Shown: positions 34,881 to 45,514 of the stretch, piece by piece | How the letters are laid out: each line of letters starts with the position of its first letter | Numbering within the stretch: position 1 is the first letter of the stretch | DNA from: an uncultured Campylobacterales bacterium | GTDB lineage: Bacteria > Campylobacterota > Campylobacteria > Campylobacterales > CACVAW01 | Length of the DNA stretch: 64,000 bases | Direction of reading: 5' to 3' | Assembly (NCBI GenBank): GCA_902727925.1 | Contig: CACVAW010000010.1 | Location: 8,726 to 72,725, forward strand | Program-made: the position numbers and the translations under genes | Notes under the pieces: generated by a model | Told to the model about the DNA's origin: nothing | Seen by the model: only the letters and a program-made list of their open reading frames with translations | Databases searched by the model: none

Positions 34881-36148
34881 TAAAGAGTGTCATCCAACCT
34901 TCTATGAAGGCTTCTGATATATCTTTCTTTATCAAAGTTTTTAACATTAGCTACACCGTCTTGTACTGCTGCCTCAGCTACTGCTGATGCAACCCAAAAA
35001 AGTACATTTCTATCAGTAGGTTTAGGTATTATATATTTCTTACCAAATTTTAGATTTGGATTTTCAAAAGCATCTTTAACTTCTTGAGATACTTCTTCTT
35101 TAGCTAAATCAGCAAGAGCGCGAGCTGCTGCCATTTTCATATTTTCAGTTATATGTGTAGCTCTCATATCAAGTGCTCCTCTAAATATGAAAGGAAATCC
35201 AAGTACGTTATTTACTTGATTTACATAATCACTTCTTCCAGTTCCTATTATTGCGTCGTCTCTTACTTCAAGAACTTCTTCAGGCATTATCTCAGGAACA
35301 GGATTAGCAAGAGTAAATAGTATAGGGTCAGTATTCATTGAAGCTACCATATCTTTATTCACAGCACCTGCAACTGAAAGTCCTAAGAACATATCTGCAT
35401 TTTTGATTGCATCACTAAGAGTTTTATCTTTAGTATCTACTGCAAAAGCTTTTTTAAATTCATTCAAATCATCTCTTGAAGTACTTATCACACCTTTACT
35501 ATCACACATGATAATATTTTTAGCACCTAGTGCTTTGTACATATTTACACAAGCTGTTGCACTTGCACCTGCACCTGAAACAACTATCTTCATAGTACGA
35601 ATATCTTTACCTGTTATTTCGATAGCATTCATTAGTCCTGCAGTCGTTATGATAGCAGTTCCGTGTTGATCATCATGCATTACTGGAACATTTGTTCTTT
35701 TTTTGAGTTCTTCTTCTATATAAAAACACTTTGGAGCTTTTATATCTTCAAGATTAATCCCACCAAAAGTATCAGCAATTGCAACTACTATATCTATAAA
35801 TTTGTCAGGATCTTTTTCATTTATTTCTATATCATAAGCATCTACATCAGCAAACTTTTTAAAAAGTACCGCTTTACCTTCCATTACAGGCTTACTTGCT
35901 AAGTGTCCAATATCACCTAACCCAAGTACAGCTGTACCGTCCGTTATTACACCTACAAGATTTCCTTTTGCAGTATAATCATAAGCTTTATATGGGTCTT
36001 TTTGTATTTCTAAACACGGTACTGCAACACCTGGAGAATAAGCTATTGATAAATCTTTTTGAGTTACACAAGGTTTAGTTATTTGAGTGGCTATTTTGCC
36101 TCTTTTGTGATATTTAAATATCTCTTCATCTGTTATTGTTTTGGGCAT
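34880..36148 (-). CDS. NAD(P)-dependent malic enzyme (short, MaeB N-terminal type)
   Basis: [45 protein letters not shown]. The preferred start is the ATG at 36148 (MPKTITDEE...), preceded by AAGGAAA. Confidence 0.9.
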   Translation of the reverse strand: MPKTITDEEIFKYHKRGKIATQITKPCVTQKDLSIAYSPGVAVPCLEIQKDPYKAYDYTAKGNLVGVITDGTAVLGLGDIGHLASKPVMEGKAVLFKKFADVDAYDIEINEKDPDKFIDIVVAIADTFGGINLEDIKAPKCFYIEEELKKRTNVPVMHDDQHGTAIITTAGLMNAIEITGKDIRTMKIVVSGAGASATACVNMYKALGAKNIIMCDSKGVISTSRDDLNEFKKAFAVDTKDKTLSDAIKNADMFLGLSVAGAVNKDMVASMNTDPILFTLANPVPEIMPEEVLEVRDDAIIGTGRSDYVNQVNNVLGFPFIFRGALDMRATHITENMKMAAARALADLAKEEVSQEVKDAFENPNLKFGKKYIIPKPTDRNVLFWVASAVAEAAVQDGVANVKNFDKERYIRSLHRRLDDTL

Positions 36149-36240
36149 AAATGTTTCCTTTTCTTCTCGAATATGCAATCTGACATTATATCTTCAATTA
36201 ATAAACTTTAAAAATTGTTTTGTAATTAGATAAAAGTAAT

Positions 36241-36248
36241 TGTATAAT
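36241..36248 (+). promoter_or_regulatory. Candidate extended -10 box (TGTATAAT, followed by CAC) for purH
   Basis: tgtataatcac lies 42 nt upstream of the purH ATG. Confidence 0.4.
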
Positions 36249-36289
36249 CACGAAAAATTATCAAAATCAAAGAAGATAAAAGGATAAAA

Positions 36290-37816
36290 ATGAGAGCACT
36301 CTTAAGTGTAAGTGACAAAACAAATATTATAGACTTTGCATCAAATCTAGAATCTCTAGGATTTGAGATAATATCAACTGGTGGAACATATAAAATACTT
36401 CAAGAAAATGGAGTTAATGTTACGCAAATAGATGATATCACAAAGTTTCCAGAGTGTTTTGATGGTAGAGTAAAGACTCTTAACCCTTATGTTCATGGTG
36501 GTATATTATACCGGTCTGATGAAGATTCGCACAAAGCTCAAGCAAAAGAATTGGGAATTTCAAGAATAGACTTAGTATGTGTTAATCTATATCCTTTTAA
36601 AGAAACAATAAACAAGACTGATGATTTTGATACTATCATAGAAAATATTGATATTGGCGGACCTACTATGGTTAGAAGTGCTGCAAAGAACTTCAAAGAT
36701 GTATTAATTGTGACTGATAGTAATGATTATAATGACGTGATACAAAATATAAAAAACAAAAAAGATACTATAGAGTATAGAAGAGCTCTAATGATAAAAG
36801 CGTATGAACATACAGCAAGTTATGATGGTATGATTGCAAATTATATGAACAAAAGATTTAATGATGGTTTTGGTCAAAATCATTTTATCACAGGTAAAAA
36901 AGTTCATAATACAAGATACGGGGAAAACCCTCACCAAAACGGTGCATTGTATGAATTTGAAGATCATTTTACGAAAAATTTAGTAGCTCTTAAAGGAGAA
37001 GCAAGTTTTAATAATATGACAGATATTAACTCAGCTCTTAAAATCGCAGCATCATTTGGTAAAAAACCAGCAGTTGCAATAATAAAACATGCTAATCCAT
37101 GTGGCTTAGCTATAAAAGAAGATTTATATACTTCATATAAAGAAGCATTAAAATGTGACAATATATCTGCCTTTGGTGGAGTAGTAGCTATAAACGGTAC
37201 TCTTGATGAGAAGTTAGCTCTTAAGATGAATGAAACATTTATAGAAGTTATCATAGCTGCAAATATTACAGATGAAGCACTAAAAGTATATGAAAAGAAA
37301 AAAAGAACAAAAATATTTGTTCAAAATAGTGAGTATTTGGTAACTTGTAAAGATACACATGATTTTAAACATATTGATGGAGGATTTGTCCTTCAAAATA
37401 GTGATGAAGTTGGGAAAAATGAAGTTGCAGACGCAAAGTGTGTGACTAAAAATAGTGTCAATGACATAAGTGATCTTGAAATGGCATACAAAGTAGCAGC
37501 TCTTACAAAATCAAACTGCGTAGTTTATGTAAAAGATGGTGCAAGTGTAGCTATTGGTATGGGAATGACTAGTAGAGTTGATGCAAGTATAAGTGCATTA
37601 AGAAAAGCAAAAGATATGGGTCTTGATGTGAGTGGTGCATCAATGGCAAGTGAAGCGTTTTTCCCATTTGCTGATAGTATTGAAGCAGCTGCAAGTGTAG
37701 GCGTAAAAGCTATAATTCAACCAGGTGGAAGTATAAGAGATGATGAAGTAATAGAGTGTGCTAATAGTCATGATATTTCAATGTACTTCACAGGAATAAG
37801 ACACTTTTTACATTAA
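36290..37816 (+). CDS. purH: Bifunctional AICAR transformylase / IMP cyclohydrolase
   Basis: 508 aa with [36 protein letters not shown], and the C-terminal QPGGSIRD...TGIRHF. Confidence 0.96.
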   Translation: MRALLSVSDKTNIIDFASNLESLGFEIISTGGTYKILQENGVNVTQIDDITKFPECFDGRVKTLNPYVHGGILYRSDEDSHKAQAKELGISRIDLVCVNLYPFKETINKTDDFDTIIENIDIGGPTMVRSAAKNFKDVLIVTDSNDYNDVIQNIKNKKDTIEYRRALMIKAYEHTASYDGMIANYMNKRFNDGFGQNHFITGKKVHNTRYGENPHQNGALYEFEDHFTKNLVALKGEASFNNMTDINSALKIAASFGKKPAVAIIKHANPCGLAIKEDLYTSYKEALKCDNISAFGGVVAINGTLDEKLALKMNETFIEVIIAANITDEALKVYEKKKRTKIFVQNSEYLVTCKDTHDFKHIDGGFVLQNSDEVGKNEVADAKCVTKNSVNDISDLEMAYKVAALTKSNCVVYVKDGASVAIGMGMTSRVDASISALRKAKDMGLDVSGASMASEAFFPFADSIEAAASVGVKAIIQPGGSIRDDEVIECANSHDISMYFTGIRHFLH

Positions 37817-37822
37817 AAACTA

Positions 37823-37842
37823 TAGGGTACTTTTGTACCCTA
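37823..37842 (+). terminator. Hairpin after purH
   Basis: tagggtac-tttt-gtacccta forms an 8-bp stem with a 4-nt loop. It is followed by cttct. Confidence 0.45.
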
Positions 37843-37878
37843 CTTCTAGCAAACTTTCTATCAAGGTAAAATATAAAA

Positions 37879-38657
37879 ATGGATTATGATTTAACTGGAA
37901 TTTTTAGTGCATTTTTTGTATCTTTGTCTTTGATTGGGGTGTTCTTACAGCTCAAATTCATATTAAAACGGAAAAAAGAGTATAGTCTGGGTTTACTAGG
38001 AAGACAAACACCAACTTCAGTATTATCACTTATTACTCCACTACTAAAATATAGAAAATAATTTTTTCTATGATACCCTAAAAATAGTACTCTTATGCCA
38101 TTTAAATTGCTATATTTAATTGGTGCGGTAATAATAGGTTTTTTACAAGTTATTTTGGATTTTTTGCTATGTTTTTTTATGGCATTACTTTAGAGTATTT
38201 TAATCATTATCTTGTTTGGCCTAGAGTTTTTGCGATAAGTTTAATTCTTATTATTATTTACGAGATTTGGAATGATAGGCGAGACAAGATGTCTCTTTTT
38301 GTATTTTGTACAGTTACTCTTTTGTTTATAGGCTCTATTTTATTTGGACTCTCACCTTTTAGAACGATATTTCATATTAGTGGGATTTCTCATATTTTAG
38401 TAGTTCTTTCCACTCTACTCTTAGTTCAAGGTACTTGGCATCAAGTGCTTAAGATAAGGAGGTCTAGAACTACAGGTGCTTTATCTCTACAAATGCATCA
38501 ACTCTTTGCTCTTAAAGATATTTTTTCATTATTGTTTGGCTTAGCTATAGGTCTAAAATATGGTTGGCCTATAATATTAATGCATTTTATTAGCTTGATT
38601 GTTCAGCTTGTAACAATGTATCACTTTCATTGGGTTAAAACTGTATCTAAAAATTAG
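37879..38657 (+). pseudogene. Possibly fragmented PQ-loop-like 7-TM membrane protein gene (three frame segments)
   Basis: The 60-aa ORF (37879-38061) has a TM helix plus LQLKFILKRKK. A further TM-like segment, MPFKLLYLIGAVIIGFLQVILDFL, is open from 38095 in the same frame. It then runs into the 162-aa ORF (38169-38657, other frame), which carries a second PQ-loop-like HQVLKIRRSRTTGALSL. T-tracts lie at the frame junction (38153-38178). Confidence 0.3.
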
Positions 38658-38697
38658 AAATACTTCTAATCCTCAGATACAGTTTATGAAGAATATT

Positions 38698-38940
38698 TTA
38701 AAACTTAGGTCTTCTAAAATAGCTTATAACTCCATACACACTAATAATAAGCCAAAAAACTTCTATAACAATAGATGCGAAGTTCGGAGTATACCAAAGA
38801 GAGTATAGGATCATCGCAGATCCTATAGTATTAAAAATGGAGAAATTTAATGAATTTGAATCTATTTTATTGGTTTGAAGTAAGAAATAAAAGAAAACAA
38901 TTATTCCAACTCCAATAGTCCCAATAATATCAGGTAGCAT
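38698..38940 (-). CDS. Small 3-TM membrane protein
   Basis: 80-aa hydrophobic ORF (GVGIIVFFYFLLQTNKI..., NTIGSAMILYSLW). No confident family assignment. Confidence 0.4.
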   Translation of the reverse strand: MLPDIIGTIGVGIIVFFYFLLQTNKIDSNSLNFSIFNTIGSAMILYSLWYTPNFASIVIEVFWLIISVYGVISYFRRPKF

Positions 38941-38944
38941 AACC

Positions 38945-40858
38945 TTATAGTTCGTTTACAGTTTTGATTACATTCTCTACTGTGAATCCGAAGTGATTAA
39001 ATAGGTCATTCCCTGGTGCGCTTGCTCCAAATGTAGTCATTCCTATAACTTCATCAGCGAATCTATACCATTCTAATCCAGAAGCAGCTTCAATAGCTAC
39101 TCTTTTTGTATTAGGGTTTATAATACTTTGTTGATACTCTTTGCTTTGTTCACAAAAAAGCTCAAAACAAGGCACACTTACTACGTTTACTTTTTTGCCT
39201 TCTTTTCTAAGTTCTTTTGCAGAGTTTAGAGCAAGTTCTACTTCAGATCCAGTTGCTATAAGAGTTATTGTCGCATCAGTATCATTTTCTAAGAGGTAGC
39301 CACCTTTAGAAGCTTCTTTTGTTTTTTTACTATCTATAGTAGGCAACCCCTGACGAGACAAGGCAAATCCACAAGGAGTACTATCTTTACTAAGTGCTAT
39401 TTTCCAGCACTCTACATTTTCATTTGCGTCGGCTGGTCTGAATGTATAGAAGTTAGGCATAGCTCTGAATGTTGAGAGCTGTTCTATTGGTTGATGTGTA
39501 GGTCCATCTTCCCCTACTCCAATACTATCATGTGTCCATATGTAAAACGAACGCAATCCCATAAGTGCAGATAGTCTTACAGAGTTCTTCATATAATCAC
39601 TAAAGATGAAGAACGTACCACTATAAGGGATAAAAAGACCATATATACTCATAGCATTACAAATCGCTGCCATTGCATGCTCTCTGATACCAAAGTGCAT
39701 ATTAGGCCCTACTGGGAAGTCAGCTTTGCCTTTAAGCTCAGTGTTGTTTGATGGTGCAAGATCAGCACTTCCACCTAAAAACCCTTCTAAAGAGTCACTT
39801 ATAGCATTAAGCACTTGACCATTTGATGCACGAGTAGCTAGTTTTTCATTGGTCTTGAATTCTGGGAATTTTATATTACTAAAGTCTGGACTTTGTAGTC
39901 TTGAAAGTAGTTCTTTTGTCTCAGGTTTAGATTCTTTTATAGTATTGTTCCAGAGCTTTTCATACATATCGCCCTTTTCTATTGCTGATCTGAATCTTAT
40001 AAGTACATCATCATCTATAGCAAAGCTTGCATCAGGGTTAAATCCAGCAAGTTTTTTTGATTTTGATAGTTCATCATTTCCAAGAGGTGCACCATGAGTT
40101 TTGTGTGAACCTTCCATTGAAGCAGACCCTTTTGCTATAAGGGTATGAGCTATTAGTAGTACAGGTTTTGGTGAGCTTTTTGCCGAGGCAAGTGCTTGAT
40201 CTATCTCTTCGAAGTTGTGTCCATTGATTTCAAGTACATTCCATGAAGCAGCATTAAATCTTTGCTTTACGTCCTCACTCCAAGCGATACTTGTATCTCC
40301 CTCAATCGTGATATTGTTTGAGTCATATATAAGAACTAAGTTATCAAGTTTGTGATGCCCTGCAAGAGCTATAGCTTCATAGCTAATACCTTCTTGAAGG
40401 TCTCCATCTCCACATAGACAATATACATTATGATCAATGATTTCGCTATCTTTATTTAGTAAAGTTTTGGCGTATTTACTTGCCATTGAAAAGCCTACAG
40501 CATTTGCTACACCTTGACCTAGTGGCCCTGTAGTGATTTCAACTCCTGGAGTTTCTTTGTATTCAGGGTGACCTGGTGTTATAGAGTGAAGTTGTCTGAA
40601 GTTTTTAAGATCATCAAGGCTTATATCATATCCCCAAAGATGAAGCATACTATAAAGCAAACTTGATGCGTGTCCACCACTAAATACAAGTCTATCTCTA
40701 TTTAGAAAGTTTGGATTTTTTGGATTATGTTTAAGGTGTGATGATAGTACTGTAAGAACATCTGAAAGTCCCATAGGAGCTCCTGGATGACCGCTGTTAG
40801 CAGTTTGCACCATATCCGCGCATAAGAACTTTATAGTGTCTGACATTTTTTGAAGCAT
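38945..40858 (-). CDS. tkt: Transketolase
   Basis: 637 aa with ANSGHPGAPMG, GPLGQG, CLCGDGDLQEG, THDSIGVGEDGPTHQP. Confidence 0.95.
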   Translation of the reverse strand: MLQKMSDTIKFLCADMVQTANSGHPGAPMGLSDVLTVLSSHLKHNPKNPNFLNRDRLVFSGGHASSLLYSMLHLWGYDISLDDLKNFRQLHSITPGHPEYKETPGVEITTGPLGQGVANAVGFSMASKYAKTLLNKDSEIIDHNVYCLCGDGDLQEGISYEAIALAGHHKLDNLVLIYDSNNITIEGDTSIAWSEDVKQRFNAASWNVLEINGHNFEEIDQALASAKSSPKPVLLIAHTLIAKGSASMEGSHKTHGAPLGNDELSKSKKLAGFNPDASFAIDDDVLIRFRSAIEKGDMYEKLWNNTIKESKPETKELLSRLQSPDFSNIKFPEFKTNEKLATRASNGQVLNAISDSLEGFLGGSADLAPSNNTELKGKADFPVGPNMHFGIREHAMAAICNAMSIYGLFIPYSGTFFIFSDYMKNSVRLSALMGLRSFYIWTHDSIGVGEDGPTHQPIEQLSTFRAMPNFYTFRPADANENVECWKIALSKDSTPCGFALSRQGLPTIDSKKTKEASKGGYLLENDTDATITLIATGSEVELALNSAKELRKEGKKVNVVSVPCFELFCEQSKEYQQSIINPNTKRVAIEAASGLEWYRFADEVIGMTTFGASAPGNDLFNHFGFTVENVIKTVNEL

Positions 40859-40875
40859 TTTTAGCCTTTTTTTAT

Positions 40876-41730
40876 TTATAAGTGTTTTTTTATTAATGAG
40901 TTAATATTTTGTGAAAATTTATCATTATTTAGTTTGTTTATTTTTGCTAATACTAGTGTCTTTAATTCATCTGCTCTTTTTTGTGCTAGTTTTATTCCCA
41001 AAATTGTAACAAAAGAGTTTTTATCTTTATCATTATTTATTGGTTTGCCCAAATCATCGCTACTGCTAGTAACATCAAGTATATCATCTTGTATTTGAAA
41101 TAATAATCCCAAATCAATACCGATATTATATAGTGATTTTTCTAATTCTTCATCTTCTAATATGATTCCTGCCATTGATAATGACGAAGCTATTAATTTA
41201 CCAGTTTTATTAATATGTAAAAACTCTATTTCTTCTTGCAAAAGCTTAGTATTTTCAAAGTAGCAATCTATGGCTTGACCTAGTACCATACCTTGTATCC
41301 CACTGTTTTGTGATAGGTTTTGTATGGTTTTTATTTTTATACTATCTTTAAAAGAGCTACGAGAAAGAAGTTCAAAGGCATAAGTATTTAGCGCGTCACC
41401 AGTAAGAAGTGCTGTGATCTCGTTAAACTTGATATGAGTTGATTCCTTGCTTCTTCTTAAGTCTGAGTTGTCCATACAAGGCAAGTCATCATGAATAAGA
41501 GAATATGTATGTATACATTCTATTGCGTAAGCCACATCAAAAGCATTTCTAGTTAGATTCTCATTGTAAGCATCAACTGTGCCGAGAAGCAATAATGGTC
41601 TGAATCTTTTTGATGGTATATTTAATAGATATGAAAAACTTTTTTCAAGTGTAGGATGAATTGAATCTATTTTAGGAGAGTTTGACTTTAAGAAAGATTC
41701 GAACTCTGAGTGTATGTTTTGTAATATCAA
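40876..41730 (-). CDS. ispA: Polyprenyl (farnesyl/geranyl) diphosphate synthase
   Basis: 284 aa with the first DDxxD region LIHDDLPCMDN and the second, FQIQDDILD. Confidence 0.87.
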   Translation of the reverse strand: MILQNIHSEFESFLKSNSPKIDSIHPTLEKSFSYLLNIPSKRFRPLLLLGTVDAYNENLTRNAFDVAYAIECIHTYSLIHDDLPCMDNSDLRRSKESTHIKFNEITALLTGDALNTYAFELLSRSSFKDSIKIKTIQNLSQNSGIQGMVLGQAIDCYFENTKLLQEEIEFLHINKTGKLIASSLSMAGIILEDEELEKSLYNIGIDLGLLFQIQDDILDVTSSSDDLGKPINNDKDKNSFVTILGIKLAQKRADELKTLVLAKINKLNNDKFSQNINSLIKKHL

Positions 41731-41733
41731 CGA

Positions 41734-41979
41734 TTATCTTTTCCCAGTAAATTTTTTAAAGAGTTTATAAAGCTTTCTATATTTAAAGAATGCTATTGTG
41801 AGTATAGTTGTTAGGAATCCTAGCATTAGTAATATAGGACTTAAAATAATCCACCAACTTAAAGTGATAGCTCCAAACAATTTTAAAACTGTAAGAGTTA
41901 TCATTAAAACAAATAAAAATTTAATCATGGATGTATTTTTGAGTAAAGACCTCTTACTTCTTTTAGAGGTCTTTGTCAC
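41734..41979 (-). CDS. Small 2-TM membrane protein
   Basis: 81-aa ORF with a basic N-terminus and two hydrophobic helices. It overlaps the ybaB-like stop by 4 nt. Confidence 0.4.
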   Translation of the reverse strand: MTKTSKRSKRSLLKNTSMIKFLFVLMITLTVLKLFGAITLSWWIILSPILLMLGFLTTILTIAFFKYRKLYKLFKKFTGKR

Positions 41980-42284
41980 TTTCCCCCAAAACCAGGTATC
42001 CCACCACCCATCATAGACATAAGACCTGACTTTTTATTTTCTTCACATAGTTTTTGAGCTTCATTAATTGCGCTTATTAGTAATATTTCAAGAGAAGCTT
42101 TATCTTCAAGTAAGCTATCATCAATATTTAGGTCAACTAGTTCACCATTTCCATTTATACTAGCATTTACCATTCCAGCTCCACTTGAGGCTGTGAACTT
42201 TTTATTTGCTAATTCTTCTTTGAAACTTTCGGCATTTTTTTCTATATCTTTAAACATATCGCCCATCTGAGAAAAATCAAACAT
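41976..42284 (-). CDS. YbaB/EbfC family nucleoid-associated protein
   Basis: MFDFSQMGDMFKDIEK...FTASSGAGMVNASINGNGELVDLNIDDSLL...EILLISAINEA. The ATG at 42284 is preceded by AAAGGG. Confidence 0.85.
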   Translation of the reverse strand: MFDFSQMGDMFKDIEKNAESFKEELANKKFTASSGAGMVNASINGNGELVDLNIDDSLLEDKASLEILLISAINEAQKLCEENKKSGLMSMMGGGIPGFGGK

Positions 42285-42362
42285 TAATTGCCCTTTATTT
42301 TTAAAGCGCAATTATATAAAATTACACTTATAGCAATACTAAACAAAAATAAGGTGAAAACT

Positions 42363-43073
42363 ATGATCATCATACCAGCAAGACTAGGTTCAACTAGATT
42401 TCCTAAAAAAATATTAGCAAAAATAGGCAAATACCCTATGGTTGTAGCAACTGCTAAAAGAGTTGAAAGTGTAGATGATGTGATAGTTGCTACAGATAGT
42501 GAGGAAGTAAAACAGATATGTGCGCAATATGGAGTTAGAGCTGAACTCACAAGCGTGCATCATCAAAGTGGGACTGATAGAATAAATGAAGTAGTCCAAT
42601 CTCTTGGGATTGATGACAACGAACTTGTGATTAATGTTCAAGCTGATGAACCTTTTATTGAGCCAGAGATTTTAAAAGAGCTAATAACAAAGCTTAAAAA
42701 CTTGCAAAAACAAAAACGAGACTTCATAATGGCAAGTTGTGCAAAGTCTATATCCAAAGATGAGGCAAAAGACCCAAATCTTGTTAAAGTGATACTTGAT
42801 AAAAATAATGACGCGATATATTTTTCTAGATCTATAATTCCCTATGATAGAGATAGCCTATATAATAAATACTTGGGTCATATAGGTATTTACGGATTTG
42901 ATGCAAAAAGCTTAAATAAGTTTTGTAGTATGCAAGGAACTCTAGAACATATAGAAAAACTAGAACAACTTAGAGTATTGGAAAATGCTCAAAAAATAGC
43001 GATTATAGAAGTTAAAACAAAGAGTTTTGGAATAGATACGCTAGCAGATTTACAAAAGGCTTTATTATTATAA
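42363..43073 (+). CDS. kdsB: 3-deoxy-manno-octulosonate cytidylyltransferase
   Basis: MIIIPARLGSTRFPKKIL...VVATD...SGTDR...VNVQADEP. The ATG at 42363 is preceded by AAGGTGA. The upstream extension in the track is rejected. Confidence 0.92.
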   Translation: MIIIPARLGSTRFPKKILAKIGKYPMVVATAKRVESVDDVIVATDSEEVKQICAQYGVRAELTSVHHQSGTDRINEVVQSLGIDDNELVINVQADEPFIEPEILKELITKLKNLQKQKRDFIMASCAKSISKDEAKDPNLVKVILDKNNDAIYFSRSIIPYDRDSLYNKYLGHIGIYGFDAKSLNKFCSMQGTLEHIEKLEQLRVLENAQKIAIIEVKTKSFGIDTLADLQKALLL

Positions 43074-43076
43074 AAT

Positions 43077-43084
43077 TGTATAAT
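43077..43084 (+). promoter_or_regulatory. Candidate extended -10 box (TGTATAAT, followed by CAC) for the ubiE-nuo block
   Basis: tgtataatcac lies 4 nt after the kdsB stop and 28 nt before the ubiE GTG. Confidence 0.4.
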
Positions 43085-43111
43085 CACACTAAATAAACTT
43101 TAAGGAAAAAA

Positions 43112-43819
43112 GTGTCAAAACAGCAAAGTATTGTATCAATGTTTGATAGTATATCTGGGACCTATGATAAGGTTAATAGAATACTTAGTTTTGGAATAGA
43201 TAAAAGCTGGAGAAAAAAAGCTTGTAAAAAAGCTTTTGAATTAACTAACAAAAACAGATACGATATATTAGATATGGCTTGTGGTACAGGTGATATGATA
43301 GATTTTTGGCGTAAAAGTGCATCAAAACAAAACAAAAATATCTCTTCAATCATAGGTATAGATCCCTCTTTAGGTATGCTTGAAATTGCACAAAAGAAGT
43401 TTCCAAAAACAGAGTTTAAAAACAATAATGCAACAGAGTTTGATGATAAAAACAAAGATATAATAAGTATTTCTTATGGCCTACGAAATGTAGTTCAACG
43501 CCAAGCTGCTTTAAAACATTTTTATAACGCACTTAATGAGGACGGAGTTTTAGTAATACTAGAATTCATGAAAATGGACAAAAAATCTTTAATGTCTCAT
43601 ATAAGAGGCTTGTATATGAATAAGATTCTTCCTTTTATTGGAGGAGTTATTAGTATGAACTTTAAAGCTTATAAATATTTGCCAAACAGTATAGGTGACT
43701 TTATAACAACTAATGAACTAAAAGAAGAGTTAGAAAAAGCAGGATTTAAGATAGTATTTACGAAGGGTTACTCAGGAGACATATCAACTCTTGTAATAGC
43801 TCAAAAGAATGAGAGGTAA
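43112..43819 (+). CDS. ubiE: Demethylmenaquinone/ubiquinone C-methyltransferase
   Basis: 235 aa with MFDSISGTYDKVNRILSFGIDKSWRKK and the SAM motif ILDMACGTGD. GTG start. Confidence 0.87.
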   Translation: MSKQQSIVSMFDSISGTYDKVNRILSFGIDKSWRKKACKKAFELTNKNRYDILDMACGTGDMIDFWRKSASKQNKNISSIIGIDPSLGMLEIAQKKFPKTEFKNNNATEFDDKNKDIISISYGLRNVVQRQAALKHFYNALNEDGVLVILEFMKMDKKSLMSHIRGLYMNKILPFIGGVISMNFKAYKYLPNSIGDFITTNELKEELEKAGFKIVFTKGYSGDISTLVIAQKNER

Positions 43820-43823
43820 TTAA

Positions 43824-44210
43824 ATGGCAGAGCAATTAGCGCATCCTTATGTAGGTGTATTTATAATGCTTTTTTTAAGTGCAGGAATATTTTTTGGTAT
43901 TACGCTACTTGTGAGTTTTATTAGTAGTAAGCTTTCAAATAGAGATAATGATAAACTAAAACAAAGTATGTATGAATGTGGGCCAACGCCCAATAAACAA
44001 CCAAACAGAATATCTTCACATTTTTATAAGTTTGCTTTACTGTTTATACTTTTTGATGTAGAGATTATATTCATGTATCCATGGGCGCTTAACTTTAAGA
44101 CTTTGGGAATATTTGGATTTGTAGAAATGATTATGTTTATAAGCTTGCTTTCAATAGGTTTTATTTACGCTTGGAAAAAAGGAGCCTTAAAATGGCATGG
44201 CATAAAGTAG
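43824..44210 (+). CDS. nuoA: NADH-quinone oxidoreductase subunit A
   Basis: 128 aa with 3 TM helices, YECGP, and [11 protein letters not shown]. Confidence 0.9.
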   Translation: MAEQLAHPYVGVFIMLFLSAGIFFGITLLVSFISSKLSNRDNDKLKQSMYECGPTPNKQPNRISSHFYKFALLFILFDVEIIFMYPWALNFKTLGIFGFVEMIMFISLLSIGFIYAWKKGALKWHGIK

Positions 44211-44704
44211 ATTATACAAAAGATAATGGTCTTCCAATACTTCTTACTACAGCTGATAAGATAGTTAGTTGGGGACGAAGTAACTCTATATGGCCACTTA
44301 CTTATGGACTTGCTTGTTGTGCTATTGAGATGATGGCTACGGGAGCCAGTAGATACGATCTTGATAGGTTTGGAGCAGGTGTATTTAGGGCGAGCCCTAG
44401 ACAATCAGATGTAATGATAATAGCAGGAACACTAACCAAAAAACATGCAGAATTTACAAAAAGAATATATGACCAGATGAGTGAACCCAAATGGGTTATA
44501 AGTATGGGAAGCTGTGCAAATACAGGTGGAGAGTATAATACCTATAGCGTAGTCCAAGGAGTTGACAGAATAATACCTGTGGATATATACCTACCAGGTT
44601 GCGCACCAAGACCTGAAACTCTTCAATACGCAATAATGATGCTCCAAAAAAAGATTAGAAAAGAGAGTATTTTTAGAAAGCAAAGACAAAGAAGGTTAGT
44701 ATGA
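44192..44704 (+). CDS. nuoB: NADH-quinone oxidoreductase subunit B
   Basis: [34 protein letters not shown] (N2 cluster cysteines). The ATG at 44192 has AAGGAG 7 nt upstream, so the track start at 44171 is less likely. Confidence 0.93.
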   Translation: MAWHKVDYTKDNGLPILLTTADKIVSWGRSNSIWPLTYGLACCAIEMMATGASRYDLDRFGAGVFRASPRQSDVMIIAGTLTKKHAEFTKRIYDQMSEPKWVISMGSCANTGGEYNTYSVVQGVDRIIPVDIYLPGCAPRPETLQYAIMMLQKKIRKESIFRKQRQRRLV

Positions 44705-45507
44705 GAACGTATAAGCCTAAGAAAAATGTACAACACAAAGCTTATCATACAGATAGATTTTATGTAGCTCCAACATTAGCAAAAATAGATCCATCAACTG
44801 ATGAGGTATTTTCAAAAGACTTAAAATTAGTAGAAAAAAACTTCAGCGTAGAAGAGGCATATATACAAAACAACCATTTAGTTATCTATGTAAAACCTAC
44901 AGATATATATAAAGTACTTGAACTCTTAAAAGACAGTTGTAAATATCAAATGCTTATAGAACTAAGTGCTATTGATTTTGTTGAGCAGAGTAATGAGTTT
45001 GAAATATTTTATCAACTTCTTTCACTCACAAAGAAAAAACGAATCAGACTAAAAACAAAAATAAGTGCAGATGATAAAAAAATCAAAAGTGTTTGTGACT
45101 TATACAAAAGTGCAAATTGGGCTGAAAGAGAAGCTTATGATATGTTTGGTATCAAGTTTGTTTCTCATCCAAACTTAAAAAGAATACTTATGCCTGATGA
45201 TTGGTATGATCATCCACTTCTTAAGACCTATCCAGTTGAGGGTGATGAGAGTGCTTCATGGTACGAAGTAGATAAGATATACGGCAAAGAATATAGGGAT
45301 ATTGTAGGTCCAGAGCTTAGAGACCCAGCGTATATAGATAGACTTGATAGTAAAAGATTTATAAAAATAAAACACGAAGTTCCTTATGGCGCAGAAATAA
45401 GCGAAACTCCTACAAACATGATGAGTGAATATCAAGAAGAAAAAGGGGTGTTTTTGGTTCGTAAGCTTAGACGTGCAAAATCAAAAATACTCAAAAAGAG
45501 AAGGTAA
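44701..45507 (+). CDS. nuoC: NADH-quinone oxidoreductase subunit C
   Basis: 268 aa with [40 protein letters not shown]. It has an ATGA overlap with nuoB. Confidence 0.9.
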   Translation: MRTYKPKKNVQHKAYHTDRFYVAPTLAKIDPSTDEVFSKDLKLVEKNFSVEEAYIQNNHLVIYVKPTDIYKVLELLKDSCKYQMLIELSAIDFVEQSNEFEIFYQLLSLTKKKRIRLKTKISADDKKIKSVCDLYKSANWAEREAYDMFGIKFVSHPNLKRILMPDDWYDHPLLKTYPVEGDESASWYEVDKIYGKEYRDIVGPELRDPAYIDRLDSKRFIKIKHEVPYGAEISETPTNMMSEYQEEKGVFLVRKLRRAKSKILKKRR

Positions 45508-45514
45508 TACAGAT

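Noticed and set aside
45425-45514. The 30-codon N-terminal extension of the ATPase ORF given in the track (start 45425), overlapping the 3' end of nuoC.
   Set aside because: The extension ([18 protein letters not shown]...) lies inside nuoC in another frame and has no RBS. The ATG at 45515 follows AGAAGG, begins just after the nuoC stop, and places the Walker A motif at the usual distance from the N-terminus.
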